Positions 28,621-38,892 of a DNA stretch of 64,000 bases are shown piece after piece (within the stretch, counting starts at the first letter, position 1; every line of letters begins with the position of its first letter). A program made the translations under genes and the position numbers. The stretch covers positions 87,569-151,568 of the forward strand of contig JAFWAG010000032.1 in assembly GCA_017507765.1 (NCBI GenBank). Reading direction: 5' to 3'. Origin of the DNA: Alphaproteobacteria bacterium (GTDB lineage Bacteria > Pseudomonadota > Alphaproteobacteria > CACZRW01). The notes under the pieces were generated by a model that was not told where the DNA came from, made no database searches, and saw only the letters and a program-made list of their open reading frames with translations.

Positions 28621-29793
28621 GTGGGTAATTCATATCTGTTTACGAGTGAGTCTGTAGCCGAAGGTCATCCGGATAAAGTTTGCGACCAAATATCTGATGC
28701 TTTGCTTGATGAATATTTGCGCAGAGATGCAAAGGCTCGGGTTGCGGTTGAAACTTTGGCAACCTCTAATCAAGTAGTACTGGCAGGAGAAGTCAGCAGC
28801 ACAGGTCTTTTATCCCGTGATGAAGTGGAAAAAATCGTTCGTAATGTGGTTAAAAATATCGGTTATGAGCAAGACGGCTTCCATTATAAAAATATCAACA
28901 TAGATAACTTCATTCATTCTCAGTCGCAGGATATTGCCCGTGGAGTAGTGGAGCAAGACGACAAGCCTGCCGGAGCCGGTGACCAAGGAATAATGTTCGG
29001 CTATGCCACCGATGAAGCAGAAGGAACAGAGTTTATGCCTGCACCGATGTTTTATGCCAATGCGATTTTACGTAATTTGGCAGAAGCTCGCCATCAAGGT
29101 GTCTTCCCTGAACTGCGTCCTGATGCAAAAGCTCAGGTAACCATGCTTTATGAAAACGGCATACCGGTTAAAGCCGACAGCATAGTTGTTTCAACTCAGC
29201 ACACACCGGAAACTTCCACGGAAGAAGTACGGGAAATTGTCCGCTATATCGTGAAAAAAACCATACCGGAACAATGGCTCTGCTCTGATGAAAAGTTTCT
29301 GGTCAATCCTACCGGCCGCTTTGTTATCGGCGGACCGGACGGAGATACCGGTTTGACCGGACGGAAAATAATCGTGGACACTTACGGCGGAGCAGCTCCG
29401 CATGGCGGTGGAGCTTTCTCCGGCAAAGATGCAACGAAGGTAGACCGCTCGGCAAACTATATGGCTCGTCATATGGCAAAAAATGTAGTTGCTTCCGGCG
29501 TTGCCAAAAAATGCTTAATCCAGATTGCTTATGCTATCGGAGTGGCTGAACCTTTGGCTTTGTATGTTAATACCTTTGGCACCGGATTGGTCGATGAAGA
29601 TAAAATCGTTGCCTCTTTGAAGGAAATATTTAATTTAACTCCGCAAGGCATTTCCGATTATCTGAACCTAACTCTGCCGATTTTCCAAAAAACCGCTGCC
29701 TATGGGCATTTTGGACGGGCGCCGGAAGAAGACGGAGCTTTTTCTTGGGAAAAAATTAATCGGGCAGAAGAAATTAAAAAGGCACTCTCTTAA
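28621..29793 (+). CDS. metK: S-adenosylmethionine synthetase
   Basis: 390 aa with motifs FTSESVAEGHPDK, GAGDQG and GGGAFSGKD. GTG start with a GGAGG RBS. Confidence 0.95.
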   Translation: MGNSYLFTSESVAEGHPDKVCDQISDALLDEYLRRDAKARVAVETLATSNQVVLAGEVSSTGLLSRDEVEKIVRNVVKNIGYEQDGFHYKNINIDNFIHSQSQDIARGVVEQDDKPAGAGDQGIMFGYATDEAEGTEFMPAPMFYANAILRNLAEARHQGVFPELRPDAKAQVTMLYENGIPVKADSIVVSTQHTPETSTEEVREIVRYIVKKTIPEQWLCSDEKFLVNPTGRFVIGGPDGDTGLTGRKIIVDTYGGAAPHGGGAFSGKDATKVDRSANYMARHMAKNVVASGVAKKCLIQIAYAIGVAEPLALYVNTFGTGLVDEDKIVASLKEIFNLTPQGISDYLNLTLPIFQKTAAYGHFGRAPEEDGAFSWEKINRAEEIKKALS

Positions 29794-29795
29794 AA

Positions 29796-30548
29796 ATGAC
29801 GACAGAAACCGAAAAGTTTTTCGGCCGCAGAAAAGGCAAAAAACTGCGTCCGAAAAGAGAGAACCTTTTAAACGAATTACTGCCGAAACTGAAAATATCT
29901 TTGCCAGCAGAGGGAGAAACCGTTTCTCCGGCAGAATGGTTTTCTTTTAACCCTAAAGAAGTATGGCTGGAAGTCGGCTTCGGCGGCGGAGAACATCTGG
30001 CTGCTCAAGCTTTGAAAAATCCGGAAGTTGCTTTCATAGGGGCGGAAGTTTTCTTAAATGGAGTGGCGAGTCTGGTTGCTCATTTGGCAGGAGCGCATGA
30101 AAATGCAGACTTAGCCGACAATGCTTCGATTGCGCCGGAAAGAACCGATAACGTTCGGATTTATAATGATGATGTGCGCCCTTTGTTAAACGTATTGCCT
30201 GATGCTTCGTTGGATAAGATTTTTGTTTTATTTCCCGACCCTTGGCCGAAAAAACGCCATGCCTCCCGCCGCTTTATAGGACCGACGAATATTCCTAAAC
30301 TGGCTCGGCTTTTAAAAGAAGGCGGAGAATTAAGAGTGGCAAGCGATGATATGAATTATATCCGTTGGAGCTTAGAGCATCTGTGTGCTTCACCTTACTT
30401 CACTTGGACGGCAAAAAGCTCTCAAGACTGGAAAAATCCGCCTGCGGATTGGGTAAATACCCGCTATGAAATGAAAGCTTATGCCGCAGGACGGAAGCCT
30501 GTATACTTAATCTTTAAGCGCACTAACCAAAGCGCTACTTGTCCTTAA
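29796..30548 (+). CDS. trmB: tRNA (guanine-N7)-methyltransferase
   Basis: 250 aa with motifs LEVGFGGGEHL and LFPDPWPKKRH. Confidence 0.85.
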   Translation: MTTETEKFFGRRKGKKLRPKRENLLNELLPKLKISLPAEGETVSPAEWFSFNPKEVWLEVGFGGGEHLAAQALKNPEVAFIGAEVFLNGVASLVAHLAGAHENADLADNASIAPERTDNVRIYNDDVRPLLNVLPDASLDKIFVLFPDPWPKKRHASRRFIGPTNIPKLARLLKEGGELRVASDDMNYIRWSLEHLCASPYFTWTAKSSQDWKNPPADWVNTRYEMKAYAAGRKPVYLIFKRTNQSATCP

Positions 30549-30592
30549 CCGTTTATCATTGTATATTTGGGTAAACTTTTACGGAGACGCAA

Positions 30593-30895
30593 ATGGATTA
30601 CAGAATAAAAGCAAACGGTAATGATAAAGAAATAGAAATCAACGGAACTTTTACTTTCCGTGATCATGACAAGTTTTTTGAGATTATAAGCGAAATCGAA
30701 AAACAACAGGGCGGAAAAATCGCTTTTAATATGGCCGGTTGTGATTTTATTGATTCCGCCGCACTGGGAATGTTAGTTATCGCCAGTGATGAGGCAAGTG
30801 TCCGCCACATCTCTCTGGCGATAAAAAATGCTAACGGGAAGGTCAAAGACCTGATGATGATTGCCCGTTTTGAAACCCTTTACGATATAGAATAA
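30593..30895 (+). CDS. STAS-domain protein (anti-sigma-factor-antagonist-like)
   Basis: 100 aa with the pattern L.G.....D...F....... and the motif CDFIDSAALGMLV. Confidence 0.65.
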   Translation: MDYRIKANGNDKEIEINGTFTFRDHDKFFEIISEIEKQQGGKIAFNMAGCDFIDSAALGMLVIASDEASVRHISLAIKNANGKVKDLMMIARFETLYDIE

Positions 30896-30913
30896 AACGC
30901 TTTTAAAGCAAAA

Positions 30914-31117
30914 TTATTCGATAACGCCGGAAGAGGCTTTTGCCGCTTTGATTATTTCTTCCGTGGAATACTGGCTGAGAGCATAAACTGCCCATAAAGC
31001 CGCCGGAAACCAACCAATAAGCGTAAGCTGTAAAACCAAACAAATAATTCCCGCAATCGGTTTTTTAATGGTAAAGAAAACTAAAAAGGGAAGAAAAATT
31101 GCCAAGATTAAACGCAT
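30914..31117 (-). CDS. Small two-TM membrane protein, YqaE/Pmp3-like
   Basis: 67 aa. ILAIFLPFLVFF...IICLVLQLTLIGWFPAALWAVYAL resembles the Pmp3/YqaE proteolipid pattern. Confidence 0.45.
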   Translation of the reverse strand: MRLILAIFLPFLVFFTIKKPIAGIICLVLQLTLIGWFPAALWAVYALSQYSTEEIIKAAKASSGVIE

Positions 31118-31128
31118 TTATATATCTC

Positions 31129-33756
31129 CTATTTTAACTTAATCGGTTCGCCGTAATAGGCTTTGCGATACATTTCCTTGATTTCTTCTATCAAAGGATA
31201 GCGGGGATTTCCCGTAGTACACTGATCATCAAAAGCAAGTTCGGATAATTTGTCAAGGTTCGCCATAAACTCTTTTTCCGAAATGCCTAATTCCTGAATG
31301 GATTTCGGGATATTAAGCTTCGCCTTTATATCTTCAATCGCAGCGATTAAGGCGTTAATCTTTGCTTCTTTGTCATCATCGGAAATATTGTCGGCAAGGC
31401 GTAAAAAGTCCGCTATTTTTACATAACGTCCTTTGACAAACGGATACCGGTATTGAGGCATTAAACCTTGTTTGGTCGGATTGTCCGTGGCGTTGTATTC
31501 AATAACATAGCTTATCAAAAGCGCATTGGCCAAACCATGAGCTACGCCGTACATAGCTCCCAACTTGTGAGCCATGGAATGGCATACGCCTAAAAAGGCA
31601 TTGGCGAACGCCATTCCGGCAATTGTCGCCGCATAATGCATTTTTTCCCGAGCAGTCGGGTTGCTTGCTCCTTCGCTATAAGAAGCCGGAAGATATTTAA
31701 ATATAAGTCTTAAGGCTTCCAATGCTTGGCCATCGCTGAAATTGGTTGCATAAACAGATGTAAACGCTTCAATACTGTGAACCATGGCGTCAAGTCCGGA
31801 ATATGCCGTTAACGACTTTGGCATGGACATGACTAAATCCGGATCAATTATCGCCATATCCGGCGTAAGTTCATAATCGGCAATCGGATATTTAATGCCG
31901 GTTTTTTCATCAGTGATAACGGTAAATGGTGTTACCTCTGACCCTGTACCGGAAGTGGTCGGTATCGCAACCATAACCGCTTTTTTGCCAAGTTCCGGAA
32001 AAGTATAAATCCTTTTGCGGATATCCATAAAACGCATGGCAATATCAGCAAACTTTAAATCCGGCTGTTCATACATAAGCCAGATAATCTTTGCTGCGTC
32101 CATAGGCGAGCCGCCACCCAAAGCAATAAATACGTCCGGTTGGAACTGCCGTACTTCGCTCAAAGCTTCGTTGACGTTTTCCAAATCAGGGTCGGGCTTA
32201 ACACTGGAAAATACCCGAACATGAGTACCGTTCTTTTCCAATGCTTCGGTAAGCTTTGCGACAAAGCCAAGGCTTTCCATAGTCTTGTCGGTTATGATAA
32301 AAGCACGTTTCCGGTCTTTGATATCACCCAAAGCCTGATATAAGGCTCCCGGCTTGAAGTAGATTTTCTGCGGAACTTTGTACCACAGCATATTATCTTT
32401 GCGCATAGCGACGGATTTTATATTCATCAGATGCTTTACTCCAATATTTTCGCTGACCGAGTTTCCTCCCCATGAGCCGCAGCCCAAAGTCAGAGAAGGC
32501 GGAAGTTTAAAGTTGTAAACGTCCCCAATCGCTCCCAAAGCCGCCGGCATATTGATAAGCGTACGGCCAGTGGTCATTGTGTCGGAAAATAGTTTGATAT
32601 GCTCTTCATTCGTGGGCGAAGTGTACAAAACCGAAGTATGGCCTGCGCCGCCAAACTCTATCAGCTTTTCGGCAGTAGCAACGGCTTCATCAAAGGTTTT
32701 TGCTTGGTAAAAAGCCAAAACCGGAGACAGCTTTTCATAGGCAAACGGTTCGTCTTCCCCAACTTTTTTAGCCTCGGCAATCAACACTTTGGTTTCTTTG
32801 GGAACTTTAAAGCCCGCAAGCTTGGCAATCGTATAGGCTGATTGTCCGGCTATCGCAGAGTTAAGCTTGCCCTTTTGGACTATGGTGTCGCTTAACATCT
32901 TCCGTTCTTTGCCGGAAACAAAAATACAGCCTCTTTTCACAAACTCTTTTTTGACTTCTTCGCTTATCTTATCCATAACGATAACCGACTGTTCCGAAGC
33001 GCAAATCATACCGTTGTCAAAAGTCTTGCTCATAATGATAGAGCTGACCGCCATTTTGATTTCTGCCGAGTCATCAATGACTACCGGAGTATTGCCGGCT
33101 CCTACACCGATTGCCGGTTTGCCGGAAGAATAAGCGGCTTTAACCATGCCGGGGCCTCCGGTCGCCAGAATCATGTTGATGTCCTTGTGAGCCATAAGAT
33201 ACTTGGAGACGTCAGGAGACGGCGAATCAACACAAGCGATAATATCTTCCGGAGCGCCAGAGGCAACAGCGGCTTCCAAAACTATGCGAGCAGCTTCAGC
33301 CGTGCATTTTTTTGCTCTGGGGTGCGGGGAAAAGATAATCGCATTACGAGTCTTAAGAGCCAATAACGCTTTAAAAATAGCCGTGGACGTAGGGTTGGTG
33401 GTCGGAATAATGCCGGCAATGATGCCTATCGGTTCGGCAATCTGACGAAAGCCAAAAGCATCATCTTCTTCCAAAACTCCGCAGGTTTTAGTATTGCGGT
33501 AACTGTTATAAATATATTCGGAAGCAAACTGATTTTTGATAACTTTGTCTTCCATAACGCCCATTTTGGTTTCTTCCACCGCAAGCTTGGCAAGCTCTAT
33601 CCGGTGCGAAGCTGCCGCTGCGGCTGCATGGCGAAAGATATCGTCGACCTGCTCTTGCGTATATTCGGCGAAAATCTTTTGGGCTTTTTTAACTTTGGCG
33701 ACTATCGCATCAATCTTGGCAAACTCTTTGGTGTTATCAATTTCTTTTTCCGACAT
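31129..33756 (-). CDS. adhE: Bifunctional acetaldehyde-CoA / alcohol dehydrogenase
   Basis: 875 aa. The N-terminal aldehyde dehydrogenase domain (catalytic Cys in NGMICASEQS) is fused to a C-terminal iron-type alcohol dehydrogenase (GGGSPMDAAK, His-rich metal site). Confidence 0.9.
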   Translation of the reverse strand: MSEKEIDNTKEFAKIDAIVAKVKKAQKIFAEYTQEQVDDIFRHAAAAAASHRIELAKLAVEETKMGVMEDKVIKNQFASEYIYNSYRNTKTCGVLEEDDAFGFRQIAEPIGIIAGIIPTTNPTSTAIFKALLALKTRNAIIFSPHPRAKKCTAEAARIVLEAAVASGAPEDIIACVDSPSPDVSKYLMAHKDINMILATGGPGMVKAAYSSGKPAIGVGAGNTPVVIDDSAEIKMAVSSIIMSKTFDNGMICASEQSVIVMDKISEEVKKEFVKRGCIFVSGKERKMLSDTIVQKGKLNSAIAGQSAYTIAKLAGFKVPKETKVLIAEAKKVGEDEPFAYEKLSPVLAFYQAKTFDEAVATAEKLIEFGGAGHTSVLYTSPTNEEHIKLFSDTMTTGRTLINMPAALGAIGDVYNFKLPPSLTLGCGSWGGNSVSENIGVKHLMNIKSVAMRKDNMLWYKVPQKIYFKPGALYQALGDIKDRKRAFIITDKTMESLGFVAKLTEALEKNGTHVRVFSSVKPDPDLENVNEALSEVRQFQPDVFIALGGGSPMDAAKIIWLMYEQPDLKFADIAMRFMDIRKRIYTFPELGKKAVMVAIPTTSGTGSEVTPFTVITDEKTGIKYPIADYELTPDMAIIDPDLVMSMPKSLTAYSGLDAMVHSIEAFTSVYATNFSDGQALEALRLIFKYLPASYSEGASNPTAREKMHYAATIAGMAFANAFLGVCHSMAHKLGAMYGVAHGLANALLISYVIEYNATDNPTKQGLMPQYRYPFVKGRYVKIADFLRLADNISDDDKEAKINALIAAIEDIKAKLNIPKSIQELGISEKEFMANLDKLSELAFDDQCTTGNPRYPLIEEIKEMYRKAYYGEPIKLK

Positions 33757-33778
33757 TTATTCCTCTGTACCACTTGGT

Positions 33779-34204
33779 TTAAGCAAAAACGATTTCCGAA
33801 GTTATATCTATTTGCTTGTAAATGCTATTCCTAACTTTGCAGGTATCGGCAGATTTTTCCAAAATCATCTTGTCCTTATCCGAAAGCTGGCCGGAGTTCT
33901 TTATCGTAACCGTTACCTTTAATGCGGATACATGAGGAACCGGCTTGTCTTCAACTGATTTTTCCACCGTTGCGGAAATGTCTTTGGTGTCTATCGGCAT
34001 TCTGCCTTCGGCGCTGTAGGCAACGTTGCTTACCGTACAGGAAGCTAAGGCGGCGGCAAGCAAATCAACCGGAGAAAAGAAATCATTGTTCTTTACACTG
34101 GTTTTAATCTGATAATCACCGGGGAGGTAATTAATGTCGCAATATAAATCACCTTGGTATTTTACTTCTATATCTGCGCTCATTGCCGTAAATCCTTTCA
34201 TCAA
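33779..34204 (-). CDS. OsmC/Ohr-family peroxiredoxin-like protein
   Basis: 141 aa with the typical pattern SPVDLLAAALASCTV. Confidence 0.6.
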   Translation of the reverse strand: MMKGFTAMSADIEVKYQGDLYCDINYLPGDYQIKTSVKNNDFFSPVDLLAAALASCTVSNVAYSAEGRMPIDTKDISATVEKSVEDKPVPHVSALKVTVTIKNSGQLSDKDKMILEKSADTCKVRNSIYKQIDITSEIVFA

Positions 34205-34215
34205 ATTAAATAAAA

Positions 34216-36225
34216 TTACATAAAGCTGTAAGGGTCGATATCAACCTGAACCTTTACCTTATAAGAAATATCTATTTTGGTCAGCCACTCCTTTATGATA
34301 TATGGCAAGCGGGTATTGCGGCCGGATTTTACCAATAAACGGAAGCGGTATTTGCCCCGCAAAAGAGCCAAAGGAGCCGGAGCGGGACCTAACACCTCAA
34401 CGCCCATATCGGCAGGAGGGGCATTGCGAGCCAAATCTTTGGCGGTTTTATAGGCTTCTTCTTTGTCCGCCGAACTGATTATCAAAGCGGCAAGACGCCC
34501 GAACGGAGGCATATTTAAAATCTTTCTTGCTTCGGTTTCCGCACTGATAAAGGCTTTGCCATCACCGGCGGCAAGAGCTTTTAAAACTCCGTTGTCCGGC
34601 TGATATGTTTGTAAATAGGTCGTTCCTTTTTTCCCGTCTCTTCCCGCTCTGCCGGAAACCTGATTGATAAGCTGAAAGGTTCGTTCTGCCGCCCGCATAT
34701 CGCCGCCTTCCAAGCCTAAGTCCGCATCAACTACGCCGATAAGAGTCAAATCCGGAAAATGGTGTCCTTTAGCTAAAATCTGTGTTCCAATGATAATATC
34801 AATTTCTCTGTCCGCAATTTTTCGCACTACTTCCGTCGCTTCGGAAGGACGTCCCAACGTGTCACTGGTTATCATAACCGTACGGGCATTCGGGTAACGC
34901 AAAGTAACCTCTTCATAAAGCCTTTCTACCCCTGGGCCGCATGAAGCCAAAGCATCTTCCTTTCCGCAAGACGGACAAGACTTTGGTATCGCCAGAGAAT
35001 AATCACAATGGTGACAGATAAGCCGCCCTATCTGCCGATGCTCCACCAGCCATGAAGAACAATTCGGGCATTGCATACGGTGACCGCAAGTGCGGCAAAG
35101 CATTAACGGCGCATAGCCACGACGGTTTAAAAATAAAAGAGCCTGCTCGCCTCTGCCTATGGTTTCATGAATAGCATTGACCAGTATGGGGGAAAGCCAC
35201 ATCTGTTGCCCTTCGATTTTCTCCGGCGGGTTGGATTTCATATCAATGGCGGTGATTTCCGGCAACATAGCGCCTTTATATCTTTCCGGCAGAAATACTT
35301 TTTCATAGCGTCCGGAGGATACGTTCGCCACGCTTTCCAACGACGGAGTAGCCGAAGAAAGAATAACCGGAAGCCGTTCAATGCTCGCACGGACTATCGC
35401 CATGTCTCTGGCTTGATAAATAACGCCGTCTTCTTGCTTATAGGATTGGTCGTGTTCTTCATCAATTACAATTAAACCTAAATCCGCAAACGGTAGAAAT
35501 AACGCCGAACGAGCGCCAACAACAACTTTTGCCGTACCGGCAGCAACGGCTTTCCAAGTTTCTCGCCGAGTCTTTGGCGATAAGTCCGAATGCCATAAAG
35601 CCGGATTGCAGCCAAAACGGCGGTTGAATCTTTCCAACCATTGCGTAGTAAGCATAATTTCCGGAACCAGAACTAATACTTGATGGCCACTTTGAAATGA
35701 TTTTGCCAAAGCTTCAAAGTAAACTTCGGTTTTGCCGGAACCGGTCAGACCTTCAAGCAAAGTAACGTTAAAGCCGTTATTTATCTTTGCAGAAAGAGTA
35801 TTTGCAACTTCCTTTTGTTTTTCCGTTAAAACTACCGGACTGTTATTTGTTTGAGGCTCGGAAAAACTTATTACCGCAGAGTTTTTATTGCTGCGGAATT
35901 GTTTGAAAGCATCAGGAACACACAAAGCCATTTTTAAAACCGCTCCTAGCGGCGTAACCGTATATTCGGCAACCCAAGCAATAAACTTTAACATTTCCGG
36001 ACTGAAAACTTTGGGGGCAATGATACTATTTATGGCTTTGATTTTATCGGTACTGACACCGGAAGATTCTTTGATTTCCGCCACAACACCCAAAAGCTTT
36101 TTTTTGCCGAACGGAACTTCGACGACGTCTCCGACTTCGGTTTTTGGAGGAGCTTCATAATCATAGTTTTCCGTTAAAGGCAACGGAACAATTACAGAAA
36201 TTATTATGTTATTTTTACTGTTCAT
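34216..36225 (-). CDS. priA: Primosomal protein N' (replication restart helicase)
   Basis: 669 aa with Walker A GLTGSGKTEVY, DEEHD, and the Cys-rich zinc region CRTCGHRMQCPNC...CHHC...CPSCG. Confidence 0.95.
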   Translation of the reverse strand: MNSKNNIIISVIVPLPLTENYDYEAPPKTEVGDVVEVPFGKKKLLGVVAEIKESSGVSTDKIKAINSIIAPKVFSPEMLKFIAWVAEYTVTPLGAVLKMALCVPDAFKQFRSNKNSAVISFSEPQTNNSPVVLTEKQKEVANTLSAKINNGFNVTLLEGLTGSGKTEVYFEALAKSFQSGHQVLVLVPEIMLTTQWLERFNRRFGCNPALWHSDLSPKTRRETWKAVAAGTAKVVVGARSALFLPFADLGLIVIDEEHDQSYKQEDGVIYQARDMAIVRASIERLPVILSSATPSLESVANVSSGRYEKVFLPERYKGAMLPEITAIDMKSNPPEKIEGQQMWLSPILVNAIHETIGRGEQALLFLNRRGYAPLMLCRTCGHRMQCPNCSSWLVEHRQIGRLICHHCDYSLAIPKSCPSCGKEDALASCGPGVERLYEEVTLRYPNARTVMITSDTLGRPSEATEVVRKIADREIDIIIGTQILAKGHHFPDLTLIGVVDADLGLEGGDMRAAERTFQLINQVSGRAGRDGKKGTTYLQTYQPDNGVLKALAAGDGKAFISAETEARKILNMPPFGRLAALIISSADKEEAYKTAKDLARNAPPADMGVEVLGPAPAPLALLRGKYRFRLLVKSGRNTRLPYIIKEWLTKIDISYKVKVQVDIDPYSFM

Positions 36226-36295
36226 TAAAAGCTCAAAATGCTAGGGTAACAAAACCAAAGTATTTATTTTATACCAACGTTGGAGAAGGGAATAA

Positions 36296-36952
36296 ATGAG
36301 ATTCTTTATAAATACTATCGATATTGAAGAAATAACGACTTTAAACCGTACCGGTATGTTGGACGGTATCAATACCAATCCTTCTATTTTAGCAAAAAGC
36401 AAAACTCCGATAAAAGAAGTCTTAAAAGAAATCAGCAAAATCGTAATGGGGCCTATAGCCGTGGAAGTAACGGCTCCGGACTTTCAAGGTATGATGAAAG
36501 AAGCCGATGCTTTGCGCAAAATAAGCCGAAATATTTTGGTTAAAGTTCCTCTTTCCATGGACGGCTTGCGAGTCTGTAAAACTTTGTCTTCGGACGGAAC
36601 GTTGGTTGCCGTAACTTTATGCTTTGACTGCACCCAAGCAATCTTGGCGGCTAAAGCTGGAGCTAAGTATGTATGCCCGTTTATCGGACGGTTGGAAGAA
36701 CAAGGCGGTAGCGGCTTGGAACTGTTAAAAAATATTGCCGATATTTATAATCAGTACGCTGAATTCGATACTCAGATTATGGCAGCTTCCGTGCATTCCA
36801 AAAAGCATATTGTCGAAATTGCCAGACAAGGAGCAAATGCCGTTACCTTGGCTCCGGATTTGCTGCTGAACCTTTATGAAAATCCTTTAACGGCTCAGGG
36901 TATTGAATCCTTTAAAGCCGATTGGGAAAAAACCGGACAGTCTTTGTTGTGA
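36296..36952 (+). CDS. tal: Transaldolase, short (Fsa/TalC-type) form
   Basis: 218 aa with MRFFINTIDIEEI...GINTNPSILAK and a Schiff-base Lys region (ILVKVP). Confidence 0.85.
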   Translation: MRFFINTIDIEEITTLNRTGMLDGINTNPSILAKSKTPIKEVLKEISKIVMGPIAVEVTAPDFQGMMKEADALRKISRNILVKVPLSMDGLRVCKTLSSDGTLVAVTLCFDCTQAILAAKAGAKYVCPFIGRLEEQGGSGLELLKNIADIYNQYAEFDTQIMAASVHSKKHIVEIARQGANAVTLAPDLLLNLYENPLTAQGIESFKADWEKTGQSLL

Positions 36953-37911
36953 GCGAGTCTTTAACCCCAAGTATACATTATGTCTCGGACAAACGCTTGC
37001 GCGAGATTATTGAAGCTTGGCTGATTGCATTGAAATCAGAACGAAGAATGTCCCCAAAGACCGTCTCTTCCTATGGCTATGATTTGGCTTCTTTTCTGAC
37101 TTTTTTAAATGAGCACACCGAAAAAGTTCCGACTTTGCCTATGTTGTTAGGTTTGACCGTCAAAGACTTCCGAGCTTTTTTAAGTGCGCAAAACCGAAAG
37201 CAAATGCAACATTCTTCTATGGCAAGAAAAATGTCCTGCTTGCGTAATTTTTTCCGGTGGCTTGCCAAAAATGATTACGGGAAAAATGCGGCTATCCGTG
37301 CCGTACATTCCCCAAAATCCGCCCGCAGTATTCCTAAGCCTTTGGACGAAACAGATGCTTTGAAAACCATTCAAACCGCAAATGAGCTTTATGATACGCC
37401 ATGGCTTGGGTTGCGGGATACGGCACTGTTTGCCCTTTTGTATGGGTCGGGACTGCGGCTTGGGGAAGCTTTGGCGATGAATATCAAAGATATACCAACC
37501 GGCGATACAATGATGATAACCGGCAAAGGAAATAAACAAAGAGTCGTACCGGTTCTGCCCTTTGTAAAAGACCTTTTGCAAAATTATCTGGACGCTTATC
37601 CGGGGGATAAAAATCCGGAAGCACCTTTGTTTATCGGCAAAGGGAAAAAACGCTTAAATCCGGGAGTCGTGCAACGCCAGATAAGGCGGCTGAGGATACT
37701 TTTAAATCTGCCGGAAACGGCGACGCCTCATGCTTTGCGGCATAGCTTTGCCACGCATCTTTTATCTGCGGGAGGAGACTTGCGGACAATTCAAGAATTA
37801 CTGGGACATTCTTCTTTATCGACAACCCAGCGATATACCGAAGTTGATTCCGAAAAATTGGGTAAGATTTATAATGCCGCCCACCCGCGGGCAAAAAGAA
37901 AGCCCTTATAA
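36922..37911 (+). CDS. Tyrosine recombinase, XerC/XerD family
   Basis: The C-terminus HALRHSFATHLLSAGGDLRTIQELLGHSSLSTTQRYT carries the R-H-R-Y catalytic pattern. An alternative GTG start at 36949 would overlap the tal stop by 4 nt. Confidence 0.85.
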   Translation: MGKNRTVFVVSESLTPSIHYVSDKRLREIIEAWLIALKSERRMSPKTVSSYGYDLASFLTFLNEHTEKVPTLPMLLGLTVKDFRAFLSAQNRKQMQHSSMARKMSCLRNFFRWLAKNDYGKNAAIRAVHSPKSARSIPKPLDETDALKTIQTANELYDTPWLGLRDTALFALLYGSGLRLGEALAMNIKDIPTGDTMMITGKGNKQRVVPVLPFVKDLLQNYLDAYPGDKNPEAPLFIGKGKKRLNPGVVQRQIRRLRILLNLPETATPHALRHSFATHLLSAGGDLRTIQELLGHSSLSTTQRYTEVDSEKLGKIYNAAHPRAKRKPL

Positions 37912-37922
37912 ACAGATTGTTT

Positions 37923-38810
37923 TTATTGCTTTTCTTCTTTGACGAAGGTTATCTCAACCTTGCTGGCAACCGCAGAGGGAGAAGCAAGACGGATAACAAA
38001 CGGTATCGTCATTTGCGGCGCAATTTTCTGAGCCGAAAGAGTTTCCGTCTGTTCTTGGATTTCTTGACCGGAAACGTCAAGCAAGCCGACTTTTAGCGGC
38101 GGCAAAGAAAGTTCTTTTTCCGTACGGTTAAATACTTTGCCACTGATTTCCAACATATCTACGCCATCTTCAACTATCATCTGCTGGCTGACATCTTGAA
38201 AGTCCAAACCAAAGCCCGGAATCTCTGCCTCTACACCGACAATGCCGTAAACAGAGCCTAAGAACGGGAAGGTGCTTACCAAGGAAAAACGTCCAAACCA
38301 TAATCCGGCGCAAATACTTAAGACAAAAACGGCAATGACAATCTTTTTTGCCGAGGTTTTAAGAGAAAAGTTTTTCCTCTCTGACAGCGAATCAGACGAG
38401 TCTAATGAAAAGTTCATAACGCTTTCCGGCATGGGCATATCATCAGAGTCAGTATCCGAGTCATGAAGCGAGAAAACATCTTCCGCCGAAACTTCTTCCT
38501 GCGGTTCTGCTGTTACCTTTTCTTCATTTGCATCATCTTGGGCAAACGGGAAGGATTCTAATCCTGCCGGAGTTTCTTCGGTAAAAGGAACGCCATATAC
38601 GACTTCCTCTGCCAAAGAGGTTTCTTCCGTTGCTTCCTTCACGGCGCCGACAGCCTGCTCCATAAGCCACTTGTTGGTTTCTTCGGGAAGTTCTGTTTCC
38701 GGATGCCAGACGGTTTTACATTTAATGCATCTTACTTTTACGGACGGATTCCGCAAAAAAGTGTCTTTAAATGAATATTCGGTATGGCACTCGGGACAAA
38801 TTATATGCAT
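37923..38810 (-). CDS. MJ0042-type zinc-ribbon protein with one TM and a DUF3426-like C-terminal domain
   Basis: The N-terminus is MHIICPECHTEYSF...VRCIKCKTVW. It has an acidic linker and a single TM (IVIAVFVLSICAGLWF). It lies divergent from ftsE. Confidence 0.6.
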   Translation of the reverse strand: MHIICPECHTEYSFKDTFLRNPSVKVRCIKCKTVWHPETELPEETNKWLMEQAVGAVKEATEETSLAEEVVYGVPFTEETPAGLESFPFAQDDANEEKVTAEPQEEVSAEDVFSLHDSDTDSDDMPMPESVMNFSLDSSDSLSERKNFSLKTSAKKIVIAVFVLSICAGLWFGRFSLVSTFPFLGSVYGIVGVEAEIPGFGLDFQDVSQQMIVEDGVDMLEISGKVFNRTEKELSLPPLKVGLLDVSGQEIQEQTETLSAQKIAPQMTIPFVIRLASPSAVASKVEITFVKEEKQ

Positions 38811-38892
38811 GATAAAATCCTAAGCTAGTTTTGACTTTGTTTATTTATATGATTAAACTGCCCTTAAGACAAGTATTTAAAGGAAGGGTTCC

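Noticed and set aside
36922-37911. Tyrosine recombinase as an integrase of a mobile element, or as the invertase for the 50.7-kb inverted repeats
   Set aside because: It is XerC/XerD-like in sequence and embedded among housekeeping genes (priA, tal, ftsEX). It lies 13 kb from the repeats and 16 kb from the accessory locus, with no flanking att-like repeats seen.
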